The notes below the pieces were generated by a model. The model made no database searches. It was not told the origin of the DNA and saw only the letters and a list, made by a program, of their open reading frames with translations. From assembly GCF_006345805.1 (NCBI RefSeq), contig NC_043013.1:2976001-3040000 (forward strand): DNA of 64,000 nucleotides. The letters are read 5' to 3'. The stretch's first letter is position 1; the number at the start of each line of letters is the position of its first letter. Both the position numbers and the translations under genes were made by a program. Source of the DNA: Octopus sinensis. Taxonomy: Eukaryota. Of the stretch, positions 25,221-37,499 are shown one piece after another.

Positions 25221-26075
25221 GCTTACCCGTTCGGGATAAGCTCTACAGACACGGCTCGAGAAACACGGGGCCGACCTGCCCGAGATGCGGTCAGAGCGAC
25301 GAAACCTTTCTGCACCACTCCGTTCATGTCCAACATTTCCGACCTGTGGGCTTATGTCGACAACTGCTGTCACGTGTGGGACGAGTCGGTTTATCAGCTG
25401 AGTCTATCGTCAATATTGTCACGCCTCCTTCCTTCAAAACGGGAAAAAGCTATTTTCATATCCTTGTGGCTATGGCGAAAGATGTATCTGGTGAACGGTC
25501 TGAAAGGATTGGAGACAAACACTTTCCTCTCTTATCTCTCTCATCAACTTCTTCAAGACACTTGAAAAGGAAAGTGAGAGTAAGAGGGCAAGGTTTGTCT
25601 AGCGAATGGTTAAAAAAAGATGGGTGAATGTAGCAAGAATTGGCACGTATGAATACGAAGCCACCTTGAGCATAGTCCTATGAACCCAGAAATCGAAAAC
25701 AGAGAGTTGCTTATTTGCAAACAAAAAAAAAAAAAAAATAGAAATATAAATGTGACTGCATTGACCGAGGTTACCGTGGTCTTTTCCGCGGGCTTTTCTT
25801 TTTCCACGGGTAAACCTCACCTGTCCTCAACACTTCATATTGACATTCTATACGATATTGATGCATTGCCCCTGCACCTTTATTTTCCTCTTCTTTTTTT
25901 TTTTTTTTTAACCAACCCCTACTTTTGTCCTCTTTCTCTCCTTTTACGATCCCTTTTGATCGAACCTCCCCCATTTCCTTTTTTGTTTTTTTTTTTTTTT
26001 TTTTTTTTTTAATACATTCAAAGAAAGCTTACCTTGTAATTTGTTCTACTGTGCAAGCCCTTGTGGCAATAGAAA
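25221..26075 (+). mobile_element. 5'-truncated Tx1/L1-clade LINE (C-terminal zinc motif + 3' UTR)
   Basis: LPVRDKLYRHG..GPTCPRCGQSDETFLH, ISDLWAYV, LLSRVGRVGLSAESIVNIV, HLKRKVRV across frameshifts; the CxxC..ETxxH..C..W arrangement is typical of L1/Tx1 ORF2 ends. Confidence 0.8.
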
Positions 26076-27084
26076 CATTCTATATCTATATCTATTTATA
26101 TATATATATATAGTATATATCCACACACACAATACATACATCATCCATACATACATACACATATATATATACATACCTACATACATACATACATACTACA
26201 TACATACATACCATACATACATACATACATGCATACCATATATACATACATACATACATACATACATACATACATACATACACATACAAACAAACGCGGA
26301 TATGATTCGAAGGTGTAAAAATATACAGAGGAAAAAAAATCTAAACGTATATGTTGCGTACATATATATTTGAGATGTGTTTTGTGACTACGCACGTGTT
26401 TACATAAATGTGTGTATGTACATATGTGTGTATATATATGTGTGTGTGCGTATGTGTGTATACACATATGTGATTGTTTGTATGTAGTTACATGCCATAT
26501 GTATGAACATTGTATAAGTACACATGCACTATTCCTCAGCAATTTCCCACAGCATGATATCTATAGACTCTGCATGAACCATTTAACATATGGTTTATGT
26601 TTATTTACCACTTTTTATACGCACTCTATCCATATATATGTGTGTGTGTAAATATACAATTGAATTTGAGTGTATATAAATGTATACAAACACGCGCGCA
26701 CGCTGGAACAGGCGCAGACACAGACACACGCGCTTACCTACCTATGCAAACATATATTCACATAGGCATACATGCATACATTCATTGTATATGCGTAAGT
26801 GTGCGTAAGTGTGTATGTGTGTGTGTGTGTGTGTTTATGCGTACACACGTGTGCACACACTCGCGCACACATACGCATACATCGTATGTAGGTGTAGTTT
26901 ATACGCTTGCGTTGTGTGAACATAATCCCTGTGTCACAGTTCGGTGAGAGGCAGCGGAGAAAGAAGGACCCGATCCATTTCCAGCTGTTTAATGCTACGT
27001 TGTTTACGCACCTCCGAGCACAATATATACCATATATACATACACGCACACGAATATATTTAATCGTGTATATATATATATATA

Positions 27085-27140
<56 letters not shown>

Positions 27141-27466
27141 ATATACTATATATATACATATACATATATATATATATATACACATAATATATATATGTGT
27201 ACATATATATATATGTATATATGTATATATTATATATGTGTGTATATTAAAATATATGTATATATGTATCTTATATATATACCACACACACACACTATAT
27301 ATATATATATATTATATATATATATATATAATCATATATATATATATATACAATACATGTGTGTATATTTATAATATATGTATATATGTACTTATTATAT
27401 ATAATATATATATAATAAGTATTTGTTGTGCAAGAATTTTTATGTGAAGTGTTGGTGTTGAAACAG

Positions 27467-28058
27467 ATATTGTTATATTTCGGAATGGTCATATTGCCAG
27501 TTTAGCCAATAAAAACACACGCATCATATATTTGGTGTTATTTGCTTCAGTGTTATTTATTTTTACATTAATCTTAATCTTATTTCGGCCAGAGTTCTTT
27601 CGTCACACTCCTGTGACCGCATCATCGTGGTCCTTTGTTTTCTTTCTTTCTTATTTGTGTCTCTCCTTACTAACTGTCAGAAATGTAGTCCTATAGTATA
27701 AGATGTATAGAGGGACGATGCAGTAACAAGACAACGACATACGTAGGGGAAACGGCAAGAAGAAATATGAGAGCGGGTAAATGAGCATTGGAGACAACTC
27801 AAGGAAGGTAAAAGCTCATCGATCTGTACCAACACGCCGAACAGGAACACGGGGGATCAATCAATACATAGAATTAAAATATTATCCACACATAGACAGA
27901 TGCAACAATTAGACAAATTACAGAAGCTACACACATATAGAAAATAAACCTAGCCTGAATAGAAAACTAGAATGGAGCACTAGCACACACCACACCATAT
28001 GACGATAGAGGATCCGAAAACATAATAAAACACAGATAAATAAACAAATAGAAATAAA

Positions 28059-28093
<35 letters not shown>

Positions 28094-28577
28094 GATTCGA
28101 TTTATTATTATTATTACTAGTATTGTGTTATACATACATACATACAAGCATATGTAATGATAATAATAAGTGGATGTAAACACATGAACAAAATAAGAAT
28201 AAACAAAAACAACAACAAAACAAAATACAAATTACATGAACGTATATAAACAGAAGATACAAATATTACAGGCATCTCCCCACATACACACACTAAATAA
28301 ACATAGACGCACATAGAGATATAAGCATGCGCAAATGAAAACATACAATAGAAATACAAAATGGCTGACGGTTAGTAAGGAGATACACAAATAAGAAAGA
28401 AGAAAACAAAGGACCACTGATGCGGTCACAGGATTGTGACGAAAGAACTCTGGCCGAAATAAGATTAAGATTAATGTAAAAAATAAATAACATTGAAGCA
28501 AAATAACACCAAATATATAGTGCGTGTGTTTTTATTGGCTAAACTGGCAATGTGACCATTCCGAAATATAACAATAT
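27467..28577 (+). mobile_element. 5'-truncated Penelope-like element: inverted pLTR + GIY-YIG remnant + pLTR
   Basis: 27467-27680 is the reverse complement of 28365-28577; 27718-27950 translates C..TYVGETARR..R..LYQHAEQEHG..IIH..IRQITEATHI with stops; TA tracts on both sides. Confidence 0.85.
28414..28453 (+). ncRNA. Hammerhead-like motif with A9-to-C variant core
   Basis: cca CTGATGC g GTCAC aggatt GTGAC GAAA g aa c tc tgg; mirror copy at 27589-27630 (minus) carries an extra indel. Confidence 0.45.
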
Positions 28578-28594
28578 ATATATATATATATATA

Positions 28595-28738
28595 GGCGCA
28601 GGAGTGGCTGTGTGGTAAGTAGCTTGCTTACCAACCACATGTTCCGGGTTCAGTCCCTTGGACAACTGGCTTTTATTATAGCCTCGGGCCGACCAAAGTA
28701 GATTTGAGCAGATTGGTATAAAAACTGAAAGTCCGTCT

Positions 28739-28807
<69 letters not shown>

Positions 28808-29016
28808 TTATATGCATATATATATATATATGTGTGTGTGGTGTGTGTGTGTGTGTGTGTGTATCTGTGTATATGTGTGCGTCGCTTGACACCGAGACCG
28901 ATAGAATAAGTACTAGGCTTACAAAGAATAAGTCCTGGCGTCAATTCGTTCGACTAGAGGCGGTGCTCCAGCATGGCCGCAGTCAAATAAATGAGTGAAA
29001 CAAATAAAAAATAAAG
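28595..29016 (+). mobile_element. SINE family A with expanded internal microsatellite
   Basis: ggcgcaggagtggctgtgtggtaagtagc head and ggcggtgctccagcatggccgcagtcaaa tail. Confidence 0.85.
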
Positions 29017-30030
29017 AACAAGAACACTCAGAGAACGCAAACTTCTGCCAAGGCAACACCAACGCCCTCTCAACGATTAGCCAGAGATGATTTTTAAAAT
29101 GTGAATATCTGAAATAAACGCGACTGCTCTCACAAACGAGAACACTAAAAGTGAACCCGACCACTCTCAAAAGTTATGTAAAAGAAACCGAATAAATAAT
29201 CCAGAATCCTTGTCCGGTACCTGGTCGATCCCAATGGTAGTCACGGAATGTGAAGGTGGGTATGCGGGCCATGTTTGTAACGCTGTGTGTGTGGCGTCTG
29301 CAGTGGGAACAGGGACAGTTTTCTCTATGTAGGCCGTTTTTAGTCTATCCAGATATAGTGTCTTTACGACCATTAAGCTGAGAAATTTATCCTTGTGTGA
29401 AAGAAAACGGAAAGGACCTACATTGTGCACGGAAACGTAAGTCCAAGAATTAAAACTTCCTTCAAGGCAGAGCTAGACATGCAATTGTCAAGTAGGTAAG
29501 AGAATTTAAACAGGAGCAATATTCTCAAAATTGGTAAAACTAAAAATTGTCGAGGATAAACTAAATTTATTATTGTTACTGAATATATTAGTGTTATTTA
29601 ATTTCTGAGCGGTTTCGCTGCCGTTTGTTTATATGTTGTCTGATTTCTTTATCCCTCGGTTTCTACTAAGAGAGAGCCGCGAGTAAAATTAATAATAGAG
29701 AAACGAAAATAAAACTTTGGAAACAGCAAAGCCGCCATAACTTACGTGGAAACCATAAGCGTGCTTTAAAGGGAGATAATCAGAGAAAGACTTGAAAGAA
29801 CATAAGACTGTTATACTTCATGTAAAGTAAATATAACAAATAATCCAGAATCCTTGTCCGGTACCGGGTTGATCCCAAAATCGAATCAGCTATTGCTAGT
29901 CACGAGGTCAAACATCCTTGACAGTTTCATCCGAGTCCATTCAGCAGTTCTTGAGATATCTTGTCCACGAACCAACAAACAACCACAACTGAAAACAATA
30001 CCTCCGCCTTAGTGAAGGCGGAGGTAATAA
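29017..30030 (+). mobile_element. Helentron/HINE-like non-autonomous element with internal insert
   Basis: 5' aacaagaacactcagagaacgcaaacttctgccaagg; 3' hairpin tacctccgcctt-agtg-aaggcggaggta (29999-30026); the (c/t)ctccgcc-like motif recurs near both ends; 41-bp direct repeat at 29194-29234 / 29838-29878. Confidence 0.55.
29260..29430 (-). pseudogene. Ty3/Gypsy integrase C-terminal scrap
   Basis: GPFRFLSHKDKFLSL..LYLDRLKTAY resembles the GPY/F..DRLKPA(Y/F) motif of Gypsy integrases. Confidence 0.45.
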
Positions 30031-30715
30031 AAGTATATATATTATCAGTGTGTGTGTGTGTGTGTGTGTAATTGTTAAACAGAACGTCAAATGTATATAT
30101 CAGTTGCTTCGGAAATCTGCAATGGCTCCATAACTACCGTCTCGTCTATAACCTTGGAACCCCAGTAATCCGATACAGCACTTACCTAGCGTACCTAATC
30201 GTTTAGATCACCTGTGAACTAAACCTCCATATTTTATGCATACTTTGCATATCGCTCTCTTTGTGGGTGACCCATTATGCCCCACCAAGTTTTGAAATTT
30301 CAAATTTTTAAAGTAGTTCAAATATGTTTATGCATGTATGAAAGAAGCATTCAAAATTGCCTCCCAATCCTTCAGAAGTGCTTATCAGAATCAGGAGCTG
30401 CTTTTTGAGATTGTAAATCTATGTTAACTGTTGGTTTTTATTTGACATTGTTTTCAAAACTTTGGAAAAATTGACCCATTATGTTCCACCCCAGCATACT
30501 AGAGAATACACAACACACGTAATAATATGCAGTAGTAGATACTGATGAAAACAAAGGATATTTATACATTTTCAGAATTAGATTTAGTATCCATCGTTAT
30601 GTTTGATATGAATACATGTGTCAGAAAAGGCATTCGAATGGCGTATGTGCTGACATCTGGTTCCTCGCATCATTGATCATTCACGGGTCAAAATTCCTTT
30701 TCAGTATCTTACTAC

Positions 30716-31173
30716 CTCTTTTATCTTTTACCCGTTTCAGTCATTAGACTGCGGCCAGACTGGGGCACCACCTTGAAGGGTTTTAGTCAAACGAATCGAC
30801 CACTGTATTTCTTCTTTTTTAAGCCTCGTACTTATTCTGTCGGTCTCTCGAGCCGAACCACTAAGTTATAGTGGCATAAACACTCCAACACCGGTTGCCA
30901 AGCAGTGTTGGGGAATACACACACACACACACACAAACACACACACTCACACAACACACACACACACACACACCACACACACACACACACACACATAAAC
31001 ACACACATGATAGATTTCTTTCAGTTTCTGTCTGTAATAAAAATACACGTTGGTAAGCCCGAAGCTAAAGTAGAAGAGTAGAAGACACTTGCCCAAGATG
31101 CCACGCAGTGGGACTGAACCCAGAACCATGTGGTTTCAAAGCAAATTTCTTACCAGACAGCCACGCCAGCACC
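30716..31173 (-). mobile_element. SINE family A
   Basis: Reverse-complement A sequence with (CA)n core. Confidence 0.85.
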
Positions 31174-32759
31174 TGTTCATCTTTAACCCTCCTTTACTTC
31201 GATCAATATCTGGTGTCTCCTAAAGTACTTGATTTGTAGTTCTTGTCGGTCAGTTGGCAGCCCACGTATCTCATCTCAATTTCAGACAATTACCGAACTC
31301 GTTTTATGGACACACAATAACTTCGTCACCATGGTGTTAAAGGAGTTGTTTTGTTTTCATGGCAGTATTTTCGATACCCGGTCTTGCAATTTGTTTTCCT
31401 AGCAGCTAGACCATCAGTAGATTTACGTTTCACTTGAATGGGGAAGCCAGATTTCACACCCAGAATGATTATTCAAACCTGCTTTCATACTAGATACCCT
31501 GAATCGGAACTTCGAATGATATTTTGCGATCATTGTTTCAATGAATGACTTGAAATGATTATTTAGGGATTGTACAAAGAAATGTGGTATGGAACAATTT
31601 CTCAGATAAGTTAATTGTATGAAAATAAAATAAAATAAAATACATCCCTAGATGTAAATATCCGTGGTTGTCGTAACCATATGATATATTTTGCTCTCAC
31701 CCACCCGTTTTAAGATGCAGATGTTGTTGAGTGATAGATAACCTTGTAGAATGAGGCTTCGACGTTTCATTGGATGTTGGAAGTGACGTCACAGTACGAG
31801 TAGGATGAGGCCAAAGGGTAAAGGATGGCAGATAAAGATCTTTTAGATTTGGAGGAGAAACAGGAAACAATAAATAAATAAATCGAGTGAAAAATGAAAA
31901 ATAAACAATAGGAATAACTGAATACAGTTAGTGAGAGGGGGGGAGGCAGAAAGGAAATATGTTGTTAGGCCTGAATGCGAAAATACATATGTGTTACTTT
32001 ATGCACATATGTTTACGTGGTTTATGCGCATATTATCTACATAGAGTAAATATGCATACATATACTTATAATACATACATATAATTACATTTATATACAT
32101 ACACATGCACACACTCATATATATATATATACGCACATGTCTATACACTTTCATACAGACACACACACATGTATGTATATGTATGTATACGTACATGCAT
32201 GTCTATGAATATATATATATACATATGCATATGGATATATGTATATGAGTATTTTTATGTATATCAGAGTCTATGTACACACAAATGTAATGTGTGTGTA
32301 TGTGTGTGGGGGGATAGTTTGTCCGTATCTGTATCTCTACCAGACAAAAGGGCCACAGATTCAGTGTAGGAGTAGTATTTGCAGAAGTTTGACAATTATA
32401 CAATCTCCAACTCATCCCAACCCCTGTAAGTTTAAGGAATTGTAACTCTTACGAAATCATTCTTGACTATGTAATAATGCTGTTTTAGCAGATTTACGAA
32501 TACACATACATATGCACATATGCGCATATTTCTATACTGTCGCCTACATATATATATATACTGACAGACATCTACACATGTTTATATACATTTATACAAA
32601 ACAACGAAGAGTAAAATGAGAAAGAGGGAGAGACAGAAAGACAAATATATGAGCATATATGATGCAATCGTACACTGAAATATTCATGGCGTTGCCAGGA
32701 ACCGATTTTAAAGTTGCACAGAAGCACGAAAAGTGGTAAAAGTCTTTTTTGTGTATATG

Positions 32760-33110
32760 AGTGTGAAGATATGGCCGAGTGGTTAACAAAGTCGTTTTCA
32801 CTTTCATGAATTTTCAGGTTCGATTTGGGTAAATGTCTTTTATCAAAATGTGGCATCCTGGCCAAGTGTCCTTCACCAAAACGTGGAATCCTGGCAAGCT
32901 CTAACCTGACCCAAAGTTCGTGAGTGAAATTGGGTGGATAAAACCTGTGTGAATAACTGTCAGATGGAGTGTGTCTAGAATTGAAACATTTATGCTTGTT
33001 ACACAACGTGTCAGGTTAATTCTGTTGGAGTCTGTGGAATACTCAGCCACTTACTTTATAATTCCATAAGCAAGTCGTTCAGGGATGCCAAACGATCAGA
33101 ACACTCACCA
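32760..33110 (+). mobile_element. Degenerate SINE family D-like copy
   Basis: atggccgagtggttaa (A-box-like), caggttcgatt (B-box-like), gtctgtggaatactcagccactt body. Confidence 0.5.
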
Positions 33111-33135
33111 TCGAAATTACAAAATAACCCGTAAA

Positions 33136-33233
33136 TATTGGTTTCTAACGTTGGCACAAGGCCAGCAATTTCTGGAGAGGTGGGAAGTCGAGTACATCGA
33201 CCCCAGTGCTCGACTGGTACTTATTTTATCGAC
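33136..33233 (-). mobile_element. SINE family B 3' part
   Basis: tattggtttctaacgttggcacaaggccagcaatt...gactggtacttattttatcgac. Confidence 0.75.
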
Positions 33234-33236
33234 TGC

Positions 33237-33545
33237 GAGGGATTCTTTGGGGTTTGAATAATTCACCTCTGGAAACATGGGTGGTTCGTTCAACATCCTT
33301 AAACAATCCTTATTCAGGGACCTTTTCAGCGGGATGGGCTACTCAACCTGAAGAAAATTCTAACTGGGCCCCACCTGCAAGGTCGTGTGTTGTTTATCTT
33401 GATATGAGATCACCATGTCGCGCACATATGGTTGTGATTCGTGTGTCTGGTGTACCCTTATCAGACGAGTAGTCATGGTGGGTATATTGGGTTTCGTATA
33501 TTTTACCCCAGTGTCACTTTGATGGCATGAACTACTCTCTCAATC
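33237..33545 (+). mobile_element. T element, 5'-truncated, (TAA)n tail
   Basis: Collinear with 61771-62071; followed by (TAA)n at 33546-33597. Confidence 0.85.
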
Positions 33546-34096
33546 AATAATAATAATAATAATAATAATAATATAATAATAATAATAATAATAATAACCA
33601 GCGACGTGAGTTAGCGACGTCAAAAACGGCGGTAAAACGTCTCGTGTGTGAAGGTGAGTGTGATCGTTTTTGCTTCTTAATTGAAGGGGCGTCATTTATC
33701 CGGAGTTTGTTACGCGTTGTCAAATAATGAAGAAAGAGTTTCACTTGGATGTCCGGAGACATTTGTATGTTCCGTATGTTCTGCACCATGGTCAAGTTTC
33801 CACAGCTGTACAAGACGAAACTTTTAAAACATTTGATACAGATATCACTAATCGTTGCGGCAATTAAAATTCACACAAGCAGAATATTCAAGAGAGAAAA
33901 CTTCTCTGTATTACTGTTGTTATTGTTGATTATCCTCTAACCAGCTTGGTCCAGAAGACCCATGATAAAAGGAAATGCAACTGAGAACACCCCGAGGTTT
34001 TAGGAGTATGGAACCGGACGTTTTCTTTGGTACTATTCGAGGGAAATTTTGCTGCTATTTCTAGCATTCTGTGCGACTACTAAAAGAACCTTATAA

Positions 34097-34267
34097 GCGT
34101 AGGCGTAACTGTGTGATAAGTTTGTTTCCCAACCACATGGTTCCGGGTTCAGTCCCACTGCGTGACAACTTGGGCACGTCTTCTACTATAGCCTTGAGCC
34201 GACTAAAGCTTTGAGAGGATTTGGGAGACGGAGGCTGAAAGAGACCCGTTTTCTTTTTTGTTTTTTT

Positions 34268-34298
<31 letters not shown>

Positions 34299-34518
34299 TT
34301 CTGTCTGTGTTTGTTCCTCCACCCAACCGCTTGAAAACCAGTGCTGGTGTGTTTACACCCCCGAAACTTAGCTGTTCGGCTAAAAAGACCGATGGAATAA
34401 GTATCAAACTTTTAAAAAAGTAAGTCCTGGAGTCGATACTAAAAATTCTGTAGGACTGTGTCTCAGCTTTGGCCGCAGCCATATGACTGAAACAAAAAAA
34501 AATAAAAGATAAAAGATA
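34097..34518 (+). mobile_element. SINE family A
   Basis: ccaaccacatggttccgggttcagtcccactgcg...gactgaaac. Confidence 0.85.
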
Positions 34519-34720
34519 TTAGCTGGTTCTTAACCAAATAAGCTTGTTGAAGAAATGCCAAGGTCATCAGCTGGGCCGACACAGGCGAGCAAAATCAATG
34601 CAACCTACGGTTTTTTTTTTTTTTTCTAATAATGATCTGAAGCTGTACCTTGGTAGCATTTGTGGTTTCAAATGAATATACATCCAAGAATTGTTGAGAA
34701 TATTCATAAGATATAGCACA

Positions 34721-35101
34721 GATCTTTTCGGTTTGAACGGCAATTTTTCTAAAATAATTTCCACGTAACTCGTATAATGGTAGAATGTGTTTATAAAACA
34801 TCTTTTTCTCTTGGCTTTATTGAGAAAATTCTATAGCTTGTAAGATATTTGTTGTTTTTTTCTTCAATTTCTGCAATTTCAACCAATCAATGACGTCTAT
34901 TGAGTTGAAAACATTCTGTGCCGTATGAAAATGTCCCTCGTTTAAGAAACAGACTGGGTTTATTTACATTTCTGAAGAAAAAAAGATACCCTAACCCTAA
35001 AACAGATTGAAATGCAATAGATCGATACTAGGGTCATAATTATGGGTGACAATTTCATATGACACCGCTAGAAAAAACTGCCGTTCAAACCGAAAAGATC
35101 C
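34721..35101. mobile_element. MITE with ~31-bp TIRs and 9-bp TSD (MULE-like)
   Basis: gatcttttcggtttgaacggcaatttttcta / tagaaaaaactgccgttcaaaccgaaaagatc; TSD tatagcaca at 34712-34720 and 35102-35110. Confidence 0.8.
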
Positions 35102-35104
35102 TAT

Positions 35105-35211
<107 letters not shown>

Positions 35212-35319
35212 TCACTCACAATATACACATGAGTCGTACTGTTGTATACTTAGAACACAACCATATGTTCATATATGCAAACACCTAACGTTATACGAGT
35301 TGTGAGAGAGAGAGAGAGT

Positions 35320-35364
<45 letters not shown>

Positions 35365-35852
35365 CCTTTAACTTGTAGTCATCCATCCGCTTAATTTAGT
35401 CGAAATACTAGTAAACAAAACAGTTATGGCATAGGTAAAATTTGAACCCGTAACCACTACGACATTTATATAATTATAAAAAATGCTTATTCGGGCATAA
35501 AATTAAGTTGTTTTTTTCTTTTTTGTGCTATTTTTATTATTTCAATTTTAATCATTGTTTAATTGTCATTTTCTATTATGTTGACAGCAGAACGACTCTC
35601 CCTGTGATGTCAGCGCGACTGGCACGGCGGGAATTATAAAGCTCATAGGTCAATGATTAAAAAACATGACAGACTGCGCGATTGCTCGAGACTTTGCCAA
35701 TTTCGGAAGCGATCAATTGACGCATGCGCACTAATCTGTATTTTTGGCACCAAAAGTACACCTACACTAAATTGCCCGAATCTTCCAGAAGCTTTAGTCG
35801 TGTATTTGTGTTTTTATAAGGGTGTAGGAAATAAACATGAATACACACGCAC

Positions 35853-35902
<50 letters not shown>

Positions 35903-35962
35903 ACACTTATGTACTCAAGTGTGTTTGCATATGTGTACATGTATAAATGCATTATGGATATT

Positions 35963-35995
<33 letters not shown>

Positions 35996-36013
35996 CACAC
36001 AGATGCATACATG

Positions 36014-36060
<47 letters not shown>

Positions 36061-36588
36061 GATGCATACATGTATGTATGTTATATGTTTTGTTATGTGT
36101 GTGTATGTGTGTGTATTCTTTAAAAACCGTCAAAATTGCAAGCTTGGCAAACGGCCATCGAAAATTCCATTCTGTTCTTACAAAGCACTGAACTATGTAA
36201 ATGTGTTTCTATTTGTGCTCATGTGGTTGTGTGTTTGTGCGTATACGCGTGTGTACGTGTACGTGTGTGCATGCTTGTGTGTATGTGTCTGTGAGTATGT
36301 GTGTGTATGTGTGTGTCTGTTTGCTTGAGTGCGCGCGTATGTTGAGGCGGGCGCGATCTTGCGAGCATTTGTGTGCGATTGAATGTATAAGTAGTAGAAT
36401 CGGTTGAACCGGTCCTCGCTTTCACGCATGCCCGTCTGTACATTTAGATTTGCATCACTGTAAAAGCAACATGCATTAGAGCATCTTCATTACAGCATGT
36501 GCATATATTGGCATACTCTTAAGTTCTCCTTCTCTCTTTCCTTGCATACATACACACACACATATATATACATACAAACATACATACA

Positions 36589-36712
<124 letters not shown>

Positions 36713-36967
36713 ATATATTATATATATATAATGTATATATATACATACACACCATGTATGTAATATACTGAGAGAGAGAGAGAGAGTAGAGAGAGATACA
36801 TAGAGAGCAGAGATAGGGATGAAAAGTGTCTTATCTAACTAATTTCTGCTTTCTGTCTCTCTATCCTTTACTTTTATCAGCCTAACATTATGTGTGAGTG
36901 AGTACGAATGTTTATATACGCACATACATATACATAAATATATACATACGTACACATATACATAGTG

Positions 36968-37003
<36 letters not shown>

Positions 37004-37029
37004 TATATATAGATATATATCTATATATA

Positions 37030-37066
<37 letters not shown>

Positions 37067-37272
37067 GACCGCGTGTGTACCGTTGGCGATTTTTTTTCCT
37101 CCGTCTTCTCTTCTCTGGATCTTTCCTTTTCCTATGTTTCTGACGAAGAGCTCCGCTCGAAACGTTAAACCCTCCTTCTTTCCTTACTTCCTGAGCGTCC
37201 AATAATACTTTATTTGTTCCACGTCCTCGCGTTGTTGTGTTTTCTCTTTGTGTTTTCATGTTTGGATTAACT
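37067..37272 (+). mobile_element. PLE-type terminal repeat remnant embedded in (TA)n
   Basis: Homologous to 11702-11915; carries a hammerhead motif. Confidence 0.72.
37136..37170 (+). ncRNA. Minimal type-I hammerhead ribozyme with intact core
   Basis: gttt CTGACGA a GAGC tcc GCTC GAAA c gt t aaac: stem I gttt/aaac, stem II GAGC/GCTC, palindromic ACGT stem III, predicted GUU cleavage triplet (37164-37166). Confidence 0.72.
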
Positions 37273-37299
37273 ATATATATATATATATATATATATACA

Positions 37300-37344
<45 letters not shown>

Positions 37345-37499
37345 GGTGGCTGCTTTCTCGTATAGGAGCAAAGCCATTGCTAGAAAGAATCATTGAAATG
37401 AATCACTGAGAAGGCAATATGAATCCTTTATATGACTCTTGAGCCCCGTCAAGGATTTGCACATTTATTTTTGCATAATGTGTTGGCTGACAGAAGGAA

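Noticed and set aside
24858-25565. 235-aa ORF
   Set aside because: (CTAT)n translation fused to out-of-frame Tx1 sequence.
35600-35760. CpG-rich promoter-like patch with a gcatgcgc motif
   Set aside because: Too short, with no adjacent supported exon; cannot be distinguished from a repeat fragment.
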